This document shows positions 11,258 through 23,900 of a stretch of DNA of 60,584 nt, piece by piece. The position numbers were made by a program, and so were the translations under genes. The notes beneath the pieces were generated by a model. The model made no database searches. It saw only the letters and a list, made by a program, of their open reading frames with translations, and had not been told where the DNA came from. Numbering within the stretch: position 1 is the first letter of the stretch; the number at the start of each line of letters is the position of its first letter. The stretch comes from Candidatus Limnocylindria bacterium (lineage in GTDB: Bacteria; Chloroflexota; Limnocylindria; Limnocylindrales; CSP1-4): the NCBI GenBank assembly GCA_041494645.1, contig JBGQBD010000002.1, positions 1-60,584 on the forward strand. The letters run 5' to 3'.

Positions 11258-11701
11258 CTCACACCTCCTTTCTGTCGTCGGGGCTCCGTTGGGAGCCACG
11301 GATAGCATCGGTCGCAGACGTCGACCGCGCATCGGCATTCCGTCCCATGCGCTCGCAAGACATATGACGAAGATCGCGCAATCGCCACGGCGCCGTCGAC
11401 GCCGGTGGGAGAATCTGCGCAGGCACCGGGGGGCTTCGACACAGGGCCCCCGGCCCACGCAGCCGGGCGCTTCCGTTGGGCGCCGCCACTCCCGGTGCTG
11501 TGCGCGAGAGGCCCTCAGCCGAACCCCGCGTCTTGAGGGGCTCAGCCCACCGGCTGCCGGGCGGCCTTTTGTAGCCGGGTAGGATCGCGGCGCGGATCGC
11601 TTCGGCTTTGGGCGCGTGGGCGCGTGTCCCGTGGCACTTCTGGTAGCCTTCCCGCCAGGCTCACCCGACCGCTGGACCACCGGTACCTTCGCAGGTAGAG
11701 C

Positions 11702-12013
11702 ATGGCCAATCTGACCCGTCCCGATGTCGAGCATGTCGCCCATCTCGCCCGCCTCGGGCTTACCGAGGAGGAGCTGGCGCGCCTCGAGGGCCAGCTCAAC
11801 CACATCCTCGACCAGTACGCCATTCTCGCCACCCTGGACACGGAGCACATCCCGCCGACGGCGCAGACGATCGAGCTGGCGAACATCCTGCGCGATGACG
11901 TGGTGCAGCCCTCTCTGGCGGTGGACGACGCCCTGGCTAACGCCCCGGAGCGGAGTGGCGACCACTTTGTGGTGCCGGCCATCCTCGGCGGCGGCGGCGA
12001 GGGGGGCGCGTGA
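11702..12013 (+). CDS. gatC: Asp/Glu-tRNA(Asn/Gln) amidotransferase subunit C
   Basis: VEHVAHLARLGLTEEELARLEGQLNHILD...VVQPSL is the typical GatC pattern, and the gene is followed by gatA. Confidence 0.9.
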   Translation: MANLTRPDVEHVAHLARLGLTEEELARLEGQLNHILDQYAILATLDTEHIPPTAQTIELANILRDDVVQPSLAVDDALANAPERSGDHFVVPAILGGGGEGGA

Positions 12014-12068
12014 CCGAGCTGGCCACCGGCCGAATTTCGGACGCCGCCCCCACGAGGCGCATGGCGTC

Positions 12069-13679
<1,611 letters not shown>

Positions 13680-13689
13680 GGACGCCCCG

Positions 13690-14948
<1,259 letters not shown>

Positions 14949-14952
<4 letters not shown>

Positions 14953-16430
14953 CGACGGCGCTGGCAGCCGCGGGCAAGGGCGCTCTGGCGCGCTACGAGG
15001 CCGTCATCGGCATCGAGATCCACTGCCAGCTGCGAACCGCCAGCAAGATGTTCTGCGGCTGCTCCACCGAGATCGATGGGGCGGCCCCGAACAGCCACTG
15101 CTGCCCGGTCTGCCTGGGGCTGCCCGGCGTCCTGCCGACCATCAACAAGACGGCCGTCGAGTACGTGATCGCGACCGGCTTCGCCATCGAGGCCACGGTC
15201 GCGCCCACCACGCGCTGGGATCGCAAGAACTACTTCTACCCGGACCTGCCCAAGGGTTACCAGATCAGCCAGTACCAGCTGCCTCTCGCGGCCGACGGCC
15301 GGCTGATCTTCGACACGAGCGAGGGTCCGTTCACGGTTCGCGTCCGCCGCGCTCACCTGGAAGAGGACACCGGCCGTCTGATCCACGCCGAGCTCGGGGG
15401 CCGCCGGGTGAGCCTGATCGACTTCAATCGCTCGGGCATGCCGCTCATGGAGATCGTTACCGAGCCCGACATCCGGACGGCCGAACAAGCCCGCCGCTAT
15501 GCCGAGGAGCTGCGGCTGCTGATGAGGACGATCGGCGCTTCCGATGCCGAGATGGAGAACGGCCAGATGCGAGTCGAGGCCAACGTCTCCCTCAGGCCGA
15601 TCGGCCGGGAGGCGTTCGGCACGCGGATCGAGGTCAAGAACATGAACTCGATGCGGTCGGTGGAGCGGGCCATCGCCTTCGAGATCGAGCGGCAGGCCCG
15701 CATCCTGGACGAGGGCGGCTCCATGCGTATGGAGACCCGAGGCTGGGACGAGGCGCGCCAGTCGACGTACCTGATGCGGCCCAAGGAAGAGGAGAACGAC
15801 TACCGCTACTTCCCCGAGCCGGACCTGCCGCCCCTGGTGACATCGCCCGAATGGCTGGCCGAGATCAAGGCTCGTCTGCCCGAGCTGCCTGCCGCACGGC
15901 GGCGCCGCTACGGGGCCGACCTCGGCCTGTCCGCGTACGACGCCGGCGTCATAGTCAACGATGCGGCGGCGACGACCCTGTTCGAGGGCGCGCTGGCGGC
16001 CGGCACAGGCGCGCCCGCCAAGCTGATCGCCAACTGGGTGACGGGCGAGTACATGCGACTGGCCAAGGGTGAGGCGGGCGCCGGGAAGGTCGATGCCGCA
16101 GAGCTTGCCGCCCTGGTCAAGCTGGTCGCCGACGGGGCCATCTCCGGGACGAACGCCAAGGAGGTCTTGGCGGAGCATCTTGCCTCTGGGGCGCGAGTGG
16201 CCTCGATCGTGGAGGCTCGCGGCTTCCGCCAGATCTCCGACTCCGGAGCGCTGGACACGGCCATCGAAGATGTGCTGGCCGCCAACCCGGCAGCGGTTGC
16301 GGACTACCGTGCCGGCAAGGCCGCGGCCGCCGGTTTCCTCGTCGGCCAGGTCATGAAGGCGACGCGCGGCCAGGCCAACGCAGCGATGGTCCAGACGGCG
16401 CTGCGCGCGCGCCTGGACCGGCCGGAGTAG
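14949..16430 (+). CDS. gatB: Asp/Glu-tRNA(Asn/Gln) amidotransferase subunit B
   Basis: YEAVIGIEIHCQL, RAHLEEDTG, NRSGMPLMEIVTEPD and the C-terminal GatB/YqeY domain. GTG 14949 overlaps the aminotransferase stop (GTGA). Confidence 0.95.
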
Positions 16431-16447
16431 GCCGCCGGGGAGGGCGA

Positions 16448-16723
16448 ATGAGTCTGGTCAATCTGATCTGCTGGGGTCTCGGAGTGGTCCTGATCGCGGT
16501 CGGCTATCTGCGGGCCCGCGGGCCGTGGGCGCGCTACCAGGACCTCAAGGCCCAGGAGGCGAACATCGCCCGCTACGAGGGCTGGCGCGGCACCCGCCTG
16601 CGCGACGAAGGCACGAGCGCGGCGACGGTGATGGCCCAGGAGATGCGCCGCCGGGCCCAGCTGGCCGGCCTCGTCCTCATCGCCGGCTTCGTCCTGGTCT
16701 TCGTCGGCTTCGCCGTCCACTGA
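16448..16723 (+). CDS. Small membrane protein (2 predicted TM helices), hypothetical
   Basis: Hydrophobic N- and C-terminal segments (LICWGLGVVLIAVGYL; LAGLVLIAGFVLVFVGFAV). GGGGAGGG lies upstream of the ATG. Confidence 0.5.
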   Translation: MSLVNLICWGLGVVLIAVGYLRARGPWARYQDLKAQEANIARYEGWRGTRLRDEGTSAATVMAQEMRRRAQLAGLVLIAGFVLVFVGFAVH

Positions 16724-16823
16724 TAGCGGCGACCCCAGCGCCGTTCTGGGCGCAAGTCGCGTCCCTCACGCGGCCTACCTCGCGGGTATCTGGGGGCGTC
16801 CTGGGCTCGGCGGGAAGCGTGGC

Positions 16824-17273
16824 TCAGGGGCGCTTGACGCGCCGCAGCTCGATGGCCGTGCAGCGGTCCATGACGACGGCCAGGCCGCCTTCGGCGGCGA
16901 TCCGGGCGGCCTCCCAGTTGACCACGCCGAGTTGCAACCACAGCGCCTTCGCTCCGATGGCGGCGGCTTCTCGCGCGATGGGCTCTGTGAGCTCGGGCCG
17001 CCGGAACACGTCGACGATGTCGATCGGGCCGGTCGCGGCCGCTTCGGCGAGGGTGGCCACTGCCGGCAGGCCCTCGACTTCGGTTTCGTTCGGGTTGACC
17101 GGAATGCATTCGTAGCCGGCCGCGACGAGCGTCCGGAAGACGCCGTTGGAAGGCCGGGCGGGGTTGGAGGAAGCTCCGACGACCGCGACCCGCCGCGCCT
17201 TTCGCAGCAGCTCCGCGATCGCGGCGTCGTCGAGAAGGGCGACCTGGGGGAGCGGCGAGTCGTCCGCGCTCAT
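16824..17273 (-). CDS. CoA-binding domain protein (YccU/YneT-like)
   Basis: RRVAVVGASSNPARPSN...GYECIPVNPN...VDVFRRPE is the typical CoA_binding_2 pattern. ATG 17273 is chosen over the Arg-rich upstream extension. Confidence 0.75.
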   Translation of the reverse strand: MSADDSPLPQVALLDDAAIAELLRKARRVAVVGASSNPARPSNGVFRTLVAAGYECIPVNPNETEVEGLPAVATLAEAAATGPIDIVDVFRRPELTEPIAREAAAIGAKALWLQLGVVNWEAARIAAEGGLAVVMDRCTAIELRRVKRP

Positions 17274-17292
17274 CGGCTGGATCTTATCTCGG

Positions 17293-18465
17293 CTACGGCT
17301 TGGCCGAGCCGCTCGGCGGCGCGGGCGAGCTCGTCGGCAAGCCCGGGCTCGGGTGAGGCGGGCCATTCTCGAGGGCGGATAGAATGCCCGCGAGCTGCGA
17401 ATCGAACCCAGCGGGCCGGTCCACGTGGAAGTCGCCGAGCGCGATGCCGCCGCTCGAGACGTCGTCGACCGTTATAGCCGAGACCGTCCGGCCGGACGCC
17501 ACGCGCATGATCGCGGCGTCGATGGCGACGTCGTAGCGCTTCAGGACGCTGACGATCAGGCACGACCGCACATCCGTGACCGTCTGCCAGGCGTCCGTGT
17601 CCACGGCCACGAGCCGGGCCATGCGCGAGCAGGCCTCGCGGAGCGCGCCGATTCCGGACAGGTCGGGCAGGGCCGACACCACGTCGACCCCAGACTTGAC
17701 GAGGCCCGCGGCGGTCGTCCGACCCTTGTCCGGGGAGTCTGCCGTGCCGGCGTAGGCGAGCGACACGCCGATGCCGGCCCGCCCTTGCAAGGCGCCGCTC
17801 TGAAAGCCCGAGGCGTAGTTGGCCGAGCGCACGTCGGCGGCCGCGTCGCCGACGAAACCGACCTTGCCGCCGCCGGAGAACGACCCGGCCACGAACCCGG
17901 CAAGGTAGCCGGCCTGGGCCTCGTCGAAGACGATTCCATGGACGTTGCCTGGAGATCCGCTCGAGACGGCCACGTCCACCTCGACGAACTGGGCCGATGG
18001 GTGGGCAACGGCCGCTGCCTGGACGGCGGCGTCGGCATCGGCGCCGATCGTGACCACAACCGCGAGGTCGCTCGCCGCGGCTCTGTCGATGGCCGACGCG
18101 AGGTCGGCGTTGGAAGCCGGTACGACCAGCGTGGTCGAGGCGCCGATCTTCGTGCCGGCTTCTTGCACGCCCTTCCAGGTCAGACCGGACGGCGTGGCGT
18201 CTTTGGGCTCGGCTACGGCCGCGACCAATGTGATGTTCTTCACCAGCTGGGGCGTTGGGCTCGGAGTGGCCGGCGTGATGGTGACCGTGCTCGTCGGGCC
18301 GGAGCCGGTCGACGGGGACGCGGTCGGACCGGGCGGGTTCGAGAAGGGGTTGCAGGCCGCGACCAGCAAGGCCATGGCGGCCAGCGCGGCGCCCGCGGCG
18401 AAGCGACCTCGTTGAATCGGGCCGCGTCGGGGAGCCAGGAAGGGCGCGCGCGTCGATCGAGTCAT
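17293..18465 (-). CDS. BMP (Med/PnrA) family ABC-type substrate-binding lipoprotein, orphan
   Basis: Lipobox LLVAAC. FVEVD...VHGIVFDEAQAGYLAGFVAG...GKVGFVGD is the BMP-family pattern. ATG 18465 is chosen (the track ORF extends to 18870). No permease or ATPase gene is adjacent. Confidence 0.7.
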   Translation of the reverse strand: MTRSTRAPFLAPRRGPIQRGRFAAGAALAAMALLVAACNPFSNPPGPTASPSTGSGPTSTVTITPATPSPTPQLVKNITLVAAVAEPKDATPSGLTWKGVQEAGTKIGASTTLVVPASNADLASAIDRAAASDLAVVVTIGADADAAVQAAAVAHPSAQFVEVDVAVSSGSPGNVHGIVFDEAQAGYLAGFVAGSFSGGGKVGFVGDAAADVRSANYASGFQSGALQGRAGIGVSLAYAGTADSPDKGRTTAAGLVKSGVDVVSALPDLSGIGALREACSRMARLVAVDTDAWQTVTDVRSCLIVSVLKRYDVAIDAAIMRVASGRTVSAITVDDVSSGGIALGDFHVDRPAGFDSQLAGILSALENGPPHPSPGLPTSSPAPPSGSAKP

Positions 18466-18474
18466 GGTGTGGCG

Positions 18475-18480
18475 ATTGTA
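18475..18480 (-). promoter_or_regulatory. -10 hexamer TACAAT (minus strand), 9 nt upstream of the BMP lipoprotein ATG
   Basis: The minus strand reads CGTCCC-TACAAT-CGCCACACC-ATG, with no SD. This suggests a leaderless or near-leaderless transcript. Confidence 0.35.
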
Positions 18481-18589
18481 GGGACGTGGCGGCTCGCTCG
18501 GTGGAACCGCCGCGGGCCGACGGTCGCCCGGCCTTGCTCCTCGGGCCAGACTTATCCCCGATACTAGGATGAAACCCACAGGAGACGGA

Positions 18590-19555
18590 ATGGGCTCTCG
18601 GATCGAACCGCACGACGAGCGAGTCGGTGTGGCGGACGGAATCGAGCTGCGCGTTCTTCGCTGGGTGTCGGCCGAGGGCGGTCGCGATGGCGCCGGAGAC
18701 GGCGCCGGTTCGGGCACCGCCGGCGCCGCCGCGGCGCGGCAGGCGCCCTTCCTGCTGGTCCACGGCCTCGCCTCCAACGCGAGGCTCTGGGACGGAGTGG
18801 CCAGGCGGCTCGCCGCCGCCGGACGAACCTCCGTGGCGGTCGATCTCCGCGGCCACGGCCACTCGGACAAGCCGGACGGCGGCTACGACTTCGCCACCAT
18901 CTCAGAGGATCTGCGCGCGCTGGTCGCCGGGCTGGGCCCCGATTACGTCCGCCCGATCATCGCCGGTCAGTCCTGGGGTGCCGGCGTCGTCCTGGATTTC
19001 GCCGTTCGCCATCCGGACCTGACCCGCGGCATCGTGCTCGTGGACGGCGGCTTGACCGATCTGCGCGACGCCTTCTGGACATGGGAGATGTGCTGGGATC
19101 GGCTGGCGCCGCCGCCGCTGGTTGGTCTGCCGCTCTCGTCCGTTGAGGGCTACTTCCGGACGAACCACGCCGACTGGCCCGAGGAGGGGTTCGAAGGCTC
19201 GCTCGGCAACTTCGAGATCCGACCGGATCGGACGATCGCGCCGTGGCTCTCTCGCGATCACCACAAGGCCATTCTCGAGGCGATGTGGAACCAACGCACG
19301 GCGGATCTGTGGCGCTCGCTGCGCGTGCCGGCGCTAATCGTTCCGGTTGACGGCGGCGAGTCGGACTGGACGGCAGCCAAGCGGGCGGGCGCGGAAGCGG
19401 CACAGGCTTCCACCCTGGTCTCGGGCGTGCCGGTCCGCGTCCAGTGGTTCAAGGGCGACCACGACATCCACGCCCAGCACCCGGCCGAGCTGGCCGAAGC
19501 GATCCTGACGGCCGAAGGCGAGGGGTTGTTCTCCGGGGCGGAGACCCGGCCATGA
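18590..19555 (+). CDS. Alpha/beta-fold hydrolase
   Basis: [13 protein letters not shown], nucleophile elbow GQSWGA and C-terminal GDHDIH. ATG 18590 (AGGAGACGG upstream) is preferred over ATG 18569, which sits only 3 nt after a GATACT -10-like hexamer. Confidence 0.8.
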   Translation: MGSRIEPHDERVGVADGIELRVLRWVSAEGGRDGAGDGAGSGTAGAAAARQAPFLLVHGLASNARLWDGVARRLAAAGRTSVAVDLRGHGHSDKPDGGYDFATISEDLRALVAGLGPDYVRPIIAGQSWGAGVVLDFAVRHPDLTRGIVLVDGGLTDLRDAFWTWEMCWDRLAPPPLVGLPLSSVEGYFRTNHADWPEEGFEGSLGNFEIRPDRTIAPWLSRDHHKAILEAMWNQRTADLWRSLRVPALIVPVDGGESDWTAAKRAGAEAAQASTLVSGVPVRVQWFKGDHDIHAQHPAELAEAILTAEGEGLFSGAETRP

Positions 19556-20835
19556 GCGGCGTGCCCCGCATCCTGACGATCATGGGCTCGGGCGAGACGA
19601 CGCCCACGATGGCGCGCGTCCACCGCGCCGTCCTCGAGCGCCTGGGGGAGCGGCCCGTTCCGGCGGTCATCCTCGACACCCCCTACGGCTTCCAGGAGAA
19701 CGCGGACGACATCTCCGAACGGACCATCGACTACTTCCGGGTGAACGTGGGGGCGCCATTCACGGTCGCCTCGTACCGGTCCGCCGACGCGGACGCGCTG
19801 ACGCGAGAGACGGCGCTGGTCAGGATCCGAGAAGCCCGCCTGGTATTCACGGGCCCGGGCAGCCCGTCCTACGCCCTGCGCCAGTGGTCGGGCTCGGACA
19901 TACCGCGGTTGCTGGCCCAGAAGCTGGCGGACGGTGGCGCCGTCACCATGGCAAGCGCCGCCGCCCTCACGCTCGGCCGCTTCACTATCCCGGTGTATGA
20001 GATCTACAAGGTGGGCGAGGAGCCGCGCTGGCTGCCCGGACTGGATCTGCTGACCCCGCTGGGCCTGCCGGCAGCTGTCGTGCCCCACTACGACAACGCC
20101 GAGGGCGGCAACCACGACACGCGCTTCTGCTATCTCGGCGAGCGGCGGCTGCGGGTCCTGGAGGCGACGTTGCCCGACGACGTCTTCATCCTGGGTGTGG
20201 ACGGGCACACCGCGCTGGTTCTCGACCTTGAGGCCGGATCCGCGTCCGTGGTCGGACTGGGCGCCGTCACGGTCCGCAAGGACGGCCGCAGCGTCGTGTT
20301 TCCCGCCGGCTCGGAGCTGCCGATCCACGGGCTGGTTGAGGCTGCGGGCCGGCCCGGGTCTGGGCCAGTCGTGGCCGCCTCCACACCGCCGACTGAAATC
20401 GCGGGCGTCCTGGCCGAGCTCCCGACGTCGCGACCCTTGCGCGAGGAGGTCGCGAATCTGGAACGCATCTTCAGCTCTTCTCTGGAAGAGTGTGACGCTG
20501 CGGCCGCTGTCCGCGCGATCCTCGCTCTCGAGGAGACTATCCAGGCCTGGTCCCGCGACACGGACCAGTCGGACGCCCTGGCGATGGCGCGTTCCTCGCT
20601 GCGCGCCGCCGTCGTTAGCCTGGGCGAGCTCGCCGTCGAAGGGTCTCGCGACCCGGCCGAGCTCGTCGGCCCATTCGTGGACGCGTTGCTGGCCGAGCGG
20701 CTCCGGGCTCGTGCCGCTCGTGACTGGTCCGCGGCCGACGCCATTCGCGACCGATTGCTGGCGGCCGGCGTCGAACTGCACGACACACCCGACGGCACCA
20801 CATGGGAGCTTCGCCCGACGGCGCCGGTGAGCTGA
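19552..20835 (+). CDS. Peptidase S51 (cyanophycinase/dipeptidase E)-like domain fused to a cysteinyl-tRNA synthetase C-terminal-like domain; function unknown
   Basis: The N-terminal half ([11 protein letters not shown]...[10 protein letters not shown]...MASAAAL...HYDNAEGG) is S51/class-I-amidotransferase-like. The C-terminal tail ([43 protein letters not shown]) matches the CysRS C-terminal pattern. ATG 19552 overlaps the hydrolase stop (ATGA). Confidence 0.55.
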   Translation: MSGVPRILTIMGSGETTPTMARVHRAVLERLGERPVPAVILDTPYGFQENADDISERTIDYFRVNVGAPFTVASYRSADADALTRETALVRIREARLVFTGPGSPSYALRQWSGSDIPRLLAQKLADGGAVTMASAAALTLGRFTIPVYEIYKVGEEPRWLPGLDLLTPLGLPAAVVPHYDNAEGGNHDTRFCYLGERRLRVLEATLPDDVFILGVDGHTALVLDLEAGSASVVGLGAVTVRKDGRSVVFPAGSELPIHGLVEAAGRPGSGPVVAASTPPTEIAGVLAELPTSRPLREEVANLERIFSSSLEECDAAAAVRAILALEETIQAWSRDTDQSDALAMARSSLRAAVVSLGELAVEGSRDPAELVGPFVDALLAERLRARAARDWSAADAIRDRLLAAGVELHDTPDGTTWELRPTAPVS

Positions 20836-20899
20836 GCCAACCAGGCCTGCGACCGGCGCTCCCGTGGATGGCGTGAGGCCGCGGGGAGCCGTCACCGGC

Positions 20900-20905
20900 T
20901 AGACT
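20900..20905 (+). promoter_or_regulatory. -10 hexamer TAGACT positioned for a leaderless dnaE mRNA
   Basis: TAGACT is followed by 8 nt and then GTG 20914. No SD. Confidence 0.35.
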
Positions 20906-20913
20906 AGGGTCCC

Positions 20914-23900
20914 GTGACCGTTGCCCCGAACGACTTCGTCCACCTGCATCTCCACTCCGAGTTCAGCCTGCTGGACGGGCTCGGCCGCATCAACGAGCTT
21001 GCCGAGCAGGGCTCCAAGCTCGGGTTCGACGCCATGGCCATCACGGACCACGGGGCCCTCTACGGGGCGGTGGCCTTCGTCCAGGCGACGGCTGCAAGAG
21101 GGATGCGGCCGATCGTCGGGGTGGAGACGTACGTCGCCCGGCGGAGCATGCGAGACAAGGAGGGCAAGGCCGACAGCCAGCCCTTCCACCTCGTCCTGCT
21201 GGCGGAGAACTGGCAGGGCTACCAGAACCTGTGCCGGCTGGTCACGGACGCGCACCTGGACGGCTATTACTACAGGCCCCGCATCGACCGCGAGCACCTG
21301 GCGAAGCACTCCAAGGGCCTGATCGGGCTGTCCGCCTGCCTGGGAGGCGAGATTCCTAAGTCACTCGAGGTCGATGACTGGGAGTCGGCGCGCCGCCTCG
21401 CCGGCGAGTACCGCGACATCTTCGGGCCCGACCGCTTCTTCCTGGAGCTGCAGGACCACGGCCTTCCCGCGCAACGCCGCCTCAACGAGCAGCTGCTGCG
21501 CCTCGGCCCGGAGGTGGGTCTCCAGCACGTCGTCACCAACGACCTGCACTACGTCCGGCGCGAGCAGGCCGAAGCCCACGACGTCCTGCTGTGTGTCGGA
21601 ACCGGCAACAACCTCGACACGCCGGGCCGGCTGCGCTTCGAGTCGAACGAGTTCTACCTGAAGTCGGCGGCCGAGATGGCGGCCCTCTTTCCGGACAACC
21701 TGGACGCCGTACGCCGAACCCGGGCTATCGCCGAGATGGTCGAGATGAAGCTTCCCTTCGGCCAGCTCCGGATCCCCAGCTTCCCCGTGCCCGAGGGCGA
21801 AACCATCGAGTCGTGGCTGCGCAAGGAGTGCCAGGCCGGCCTGGGCCGCCGCTACGGGACCATCACTCCCGAGCTCCAGGCCCGCCTCGACTACGAGCTG
21901 GACGTCATCTGCCGGATGGGCTACGCCGGCTACTTCCTGATCGTGGCCGACTTCACCAGGTTCGCCCGCGAGCAGCGCATCGCCATCACGGTGCGCGGCT
22001 CGGCGCCCGGCAGCATCGTCACCTACACCCTCGGCATCACGCCCGTAGACCCGATCTACTACCAGCTGCCGTTCGAGCGGTTCCTCAACCCGGACCGTGT
22101 GACGATGCCCGATATCGACGTGGACTTCGAGGACGGCCGGCGCGAGGAAGTCATCAACTACGTCAGCCGCAAGTACGGCGCCGACCACGTGGCCCAGATC
22201 ATCACCTTCGGCACGATGCTGGCCAGGGCGGCCATCCGCGACGTGGCCCGGGTCGTCGGCATGACCTACGGCGAGGGCGATCGGATCGCCAAGGCGGTCC
22301 CAAACCAGCTCGGGATCAAGCTCGAAGAGGCGATCGAGACGAGCCCGGTCCTCAGGGAGATGTACGGGGGCGAGCCGCCGGTCCGTCGGGTCATCGAGTT
22401 TGCCAAGCAGCTGGAGGGCGTGGCGAGGAACGCGTCCACGCATGCGGCCGGCGTCGTGATCTCACGCGAGCCCCTCACGGAGCTGATGCCGCTCCAGCGC
22501 GCCACCAACTCGGACGCGGTCATGACCCAGTACGAGATGCACGGCGTCGAGGCTCTCGGACTGCTCAAGTTCGACTTCCTGGGCCTCTCCAACCTGACCA
22601 TCCTGCGCCAGGCGGTCGACCTGATCCGCGAGCACCGGGCCGAGGAGATCGACCTCGAGCGGATCCCGCTCGACGACCGAAAGACGTTCGAGCTGCTGGC
22701 GTCGGGCGAGACGACGGGAGTCTTCCAGCTCGAGTCCGCGGGCATGAGGCGCTACATCCGCGAGCTTCGTCCCTCGACCGTCTTCGACCTGGCGGCGATG
22801 GTGGCGCTCTACCGGCCCGGGCCGATGGACAACATCCCGGCTTACATCCGCCGCAAGCACGGAGAGGAGAAGGTCACCTACCTCCACCCTCTTCTCGAGC
22901 CGTACCTGGAGCGGACCTACGGCGTGTTCGTCTACCAGGAAGACATCATGTCCGCCTCCACGGCGCTGGCCGGCTTCACGGGTCCCGAGGCCGACACGCT
23001 CGGCTATGCCATCCGCAAGAAGAAGGCCGCGCTCATGCGCGAGATGCGCGAGAAGTTCGTGCGCCAGGCGGCCGAAAGGGGCGTCAAGCCTTCGGTGATC
23101 GACGCCGTCTTTGCGGCCTTCCAGCCGTTCGAGCGATACGGCTTCAACAAGGCCCATGCGACGTGCTACGGCCTGATCGCCTACCAGACCGCGTATCTGA
23201 AGGCGAACTACACCGTCGACTACATGACCAGCGTGCTGACCGCCTTCCGGGACAACGAAGAGAAGGTCGCCGCGGCGGTGGCCGAATGCCGGCGCTTGGA
23301 GATAGAAGTCAGGCCGCCGGACATACACCGCTCGTTCGTCGAATTCACAGTCGAGGATGACGCCATCCGGTTCGGGTTGCTGGCGGTCAAGAACGTCGGC
23401 GAGGGGGCCATCGAATCGATCATCACCGCCCGCCAGGCCGACGGCGAGTTCCGCTCTCTGGCCGACTTCTGCGCCCGAGTCGACCTCCGCCTCGCCAACA
23501 AGCGGGTCCTCGAGTCGCTCATCAAGGTCGGGGCGATGAGCCGGTTCGGGCACGCGGCCCAGCTGCTCGAAGCCCTGGACGATGCGATCGCCGCGGGAGG
23601 GGCGGCCCAGCGCGACCGGACGAGCGGGCAGACGGCGTTGTTCGACCTCGGCTCGTCGCCGGAGGCGCTCGAGAAGCCATTGCCGCAGGTCCCGGAGGCT
23701 CTCTCGCGGGAGCGGCTCCGCTGGGAGAAGGAGCTGCTCGGGCTGTACCTGTCCGAGCATCCGCTCGGCACGATTTCCGAGCAGCTGGCGCAGTACGTGA
23801 CGGCCTATTCGGGCGACCTCAAGGACGAGTCGCTCGACGGTCAGCGGGTGGTCATGGGTGGGATCGTGACGGGGCTGCGCACAGTCGTGACGCGGGCCAG

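Noticed and set aside
11426-11453. GGGGGGCTTCGACACAGGG resembles the 5' end of tmRNA (GGGG...TTCGAC).
   Set aside because: There is no tRNA-like 3' domain (no GGTTCGA-type T-arm or CCA end) and no tag-peptide reading frame within several hundred nt on either strand. It is better explained as one arm of a GC hairpin.
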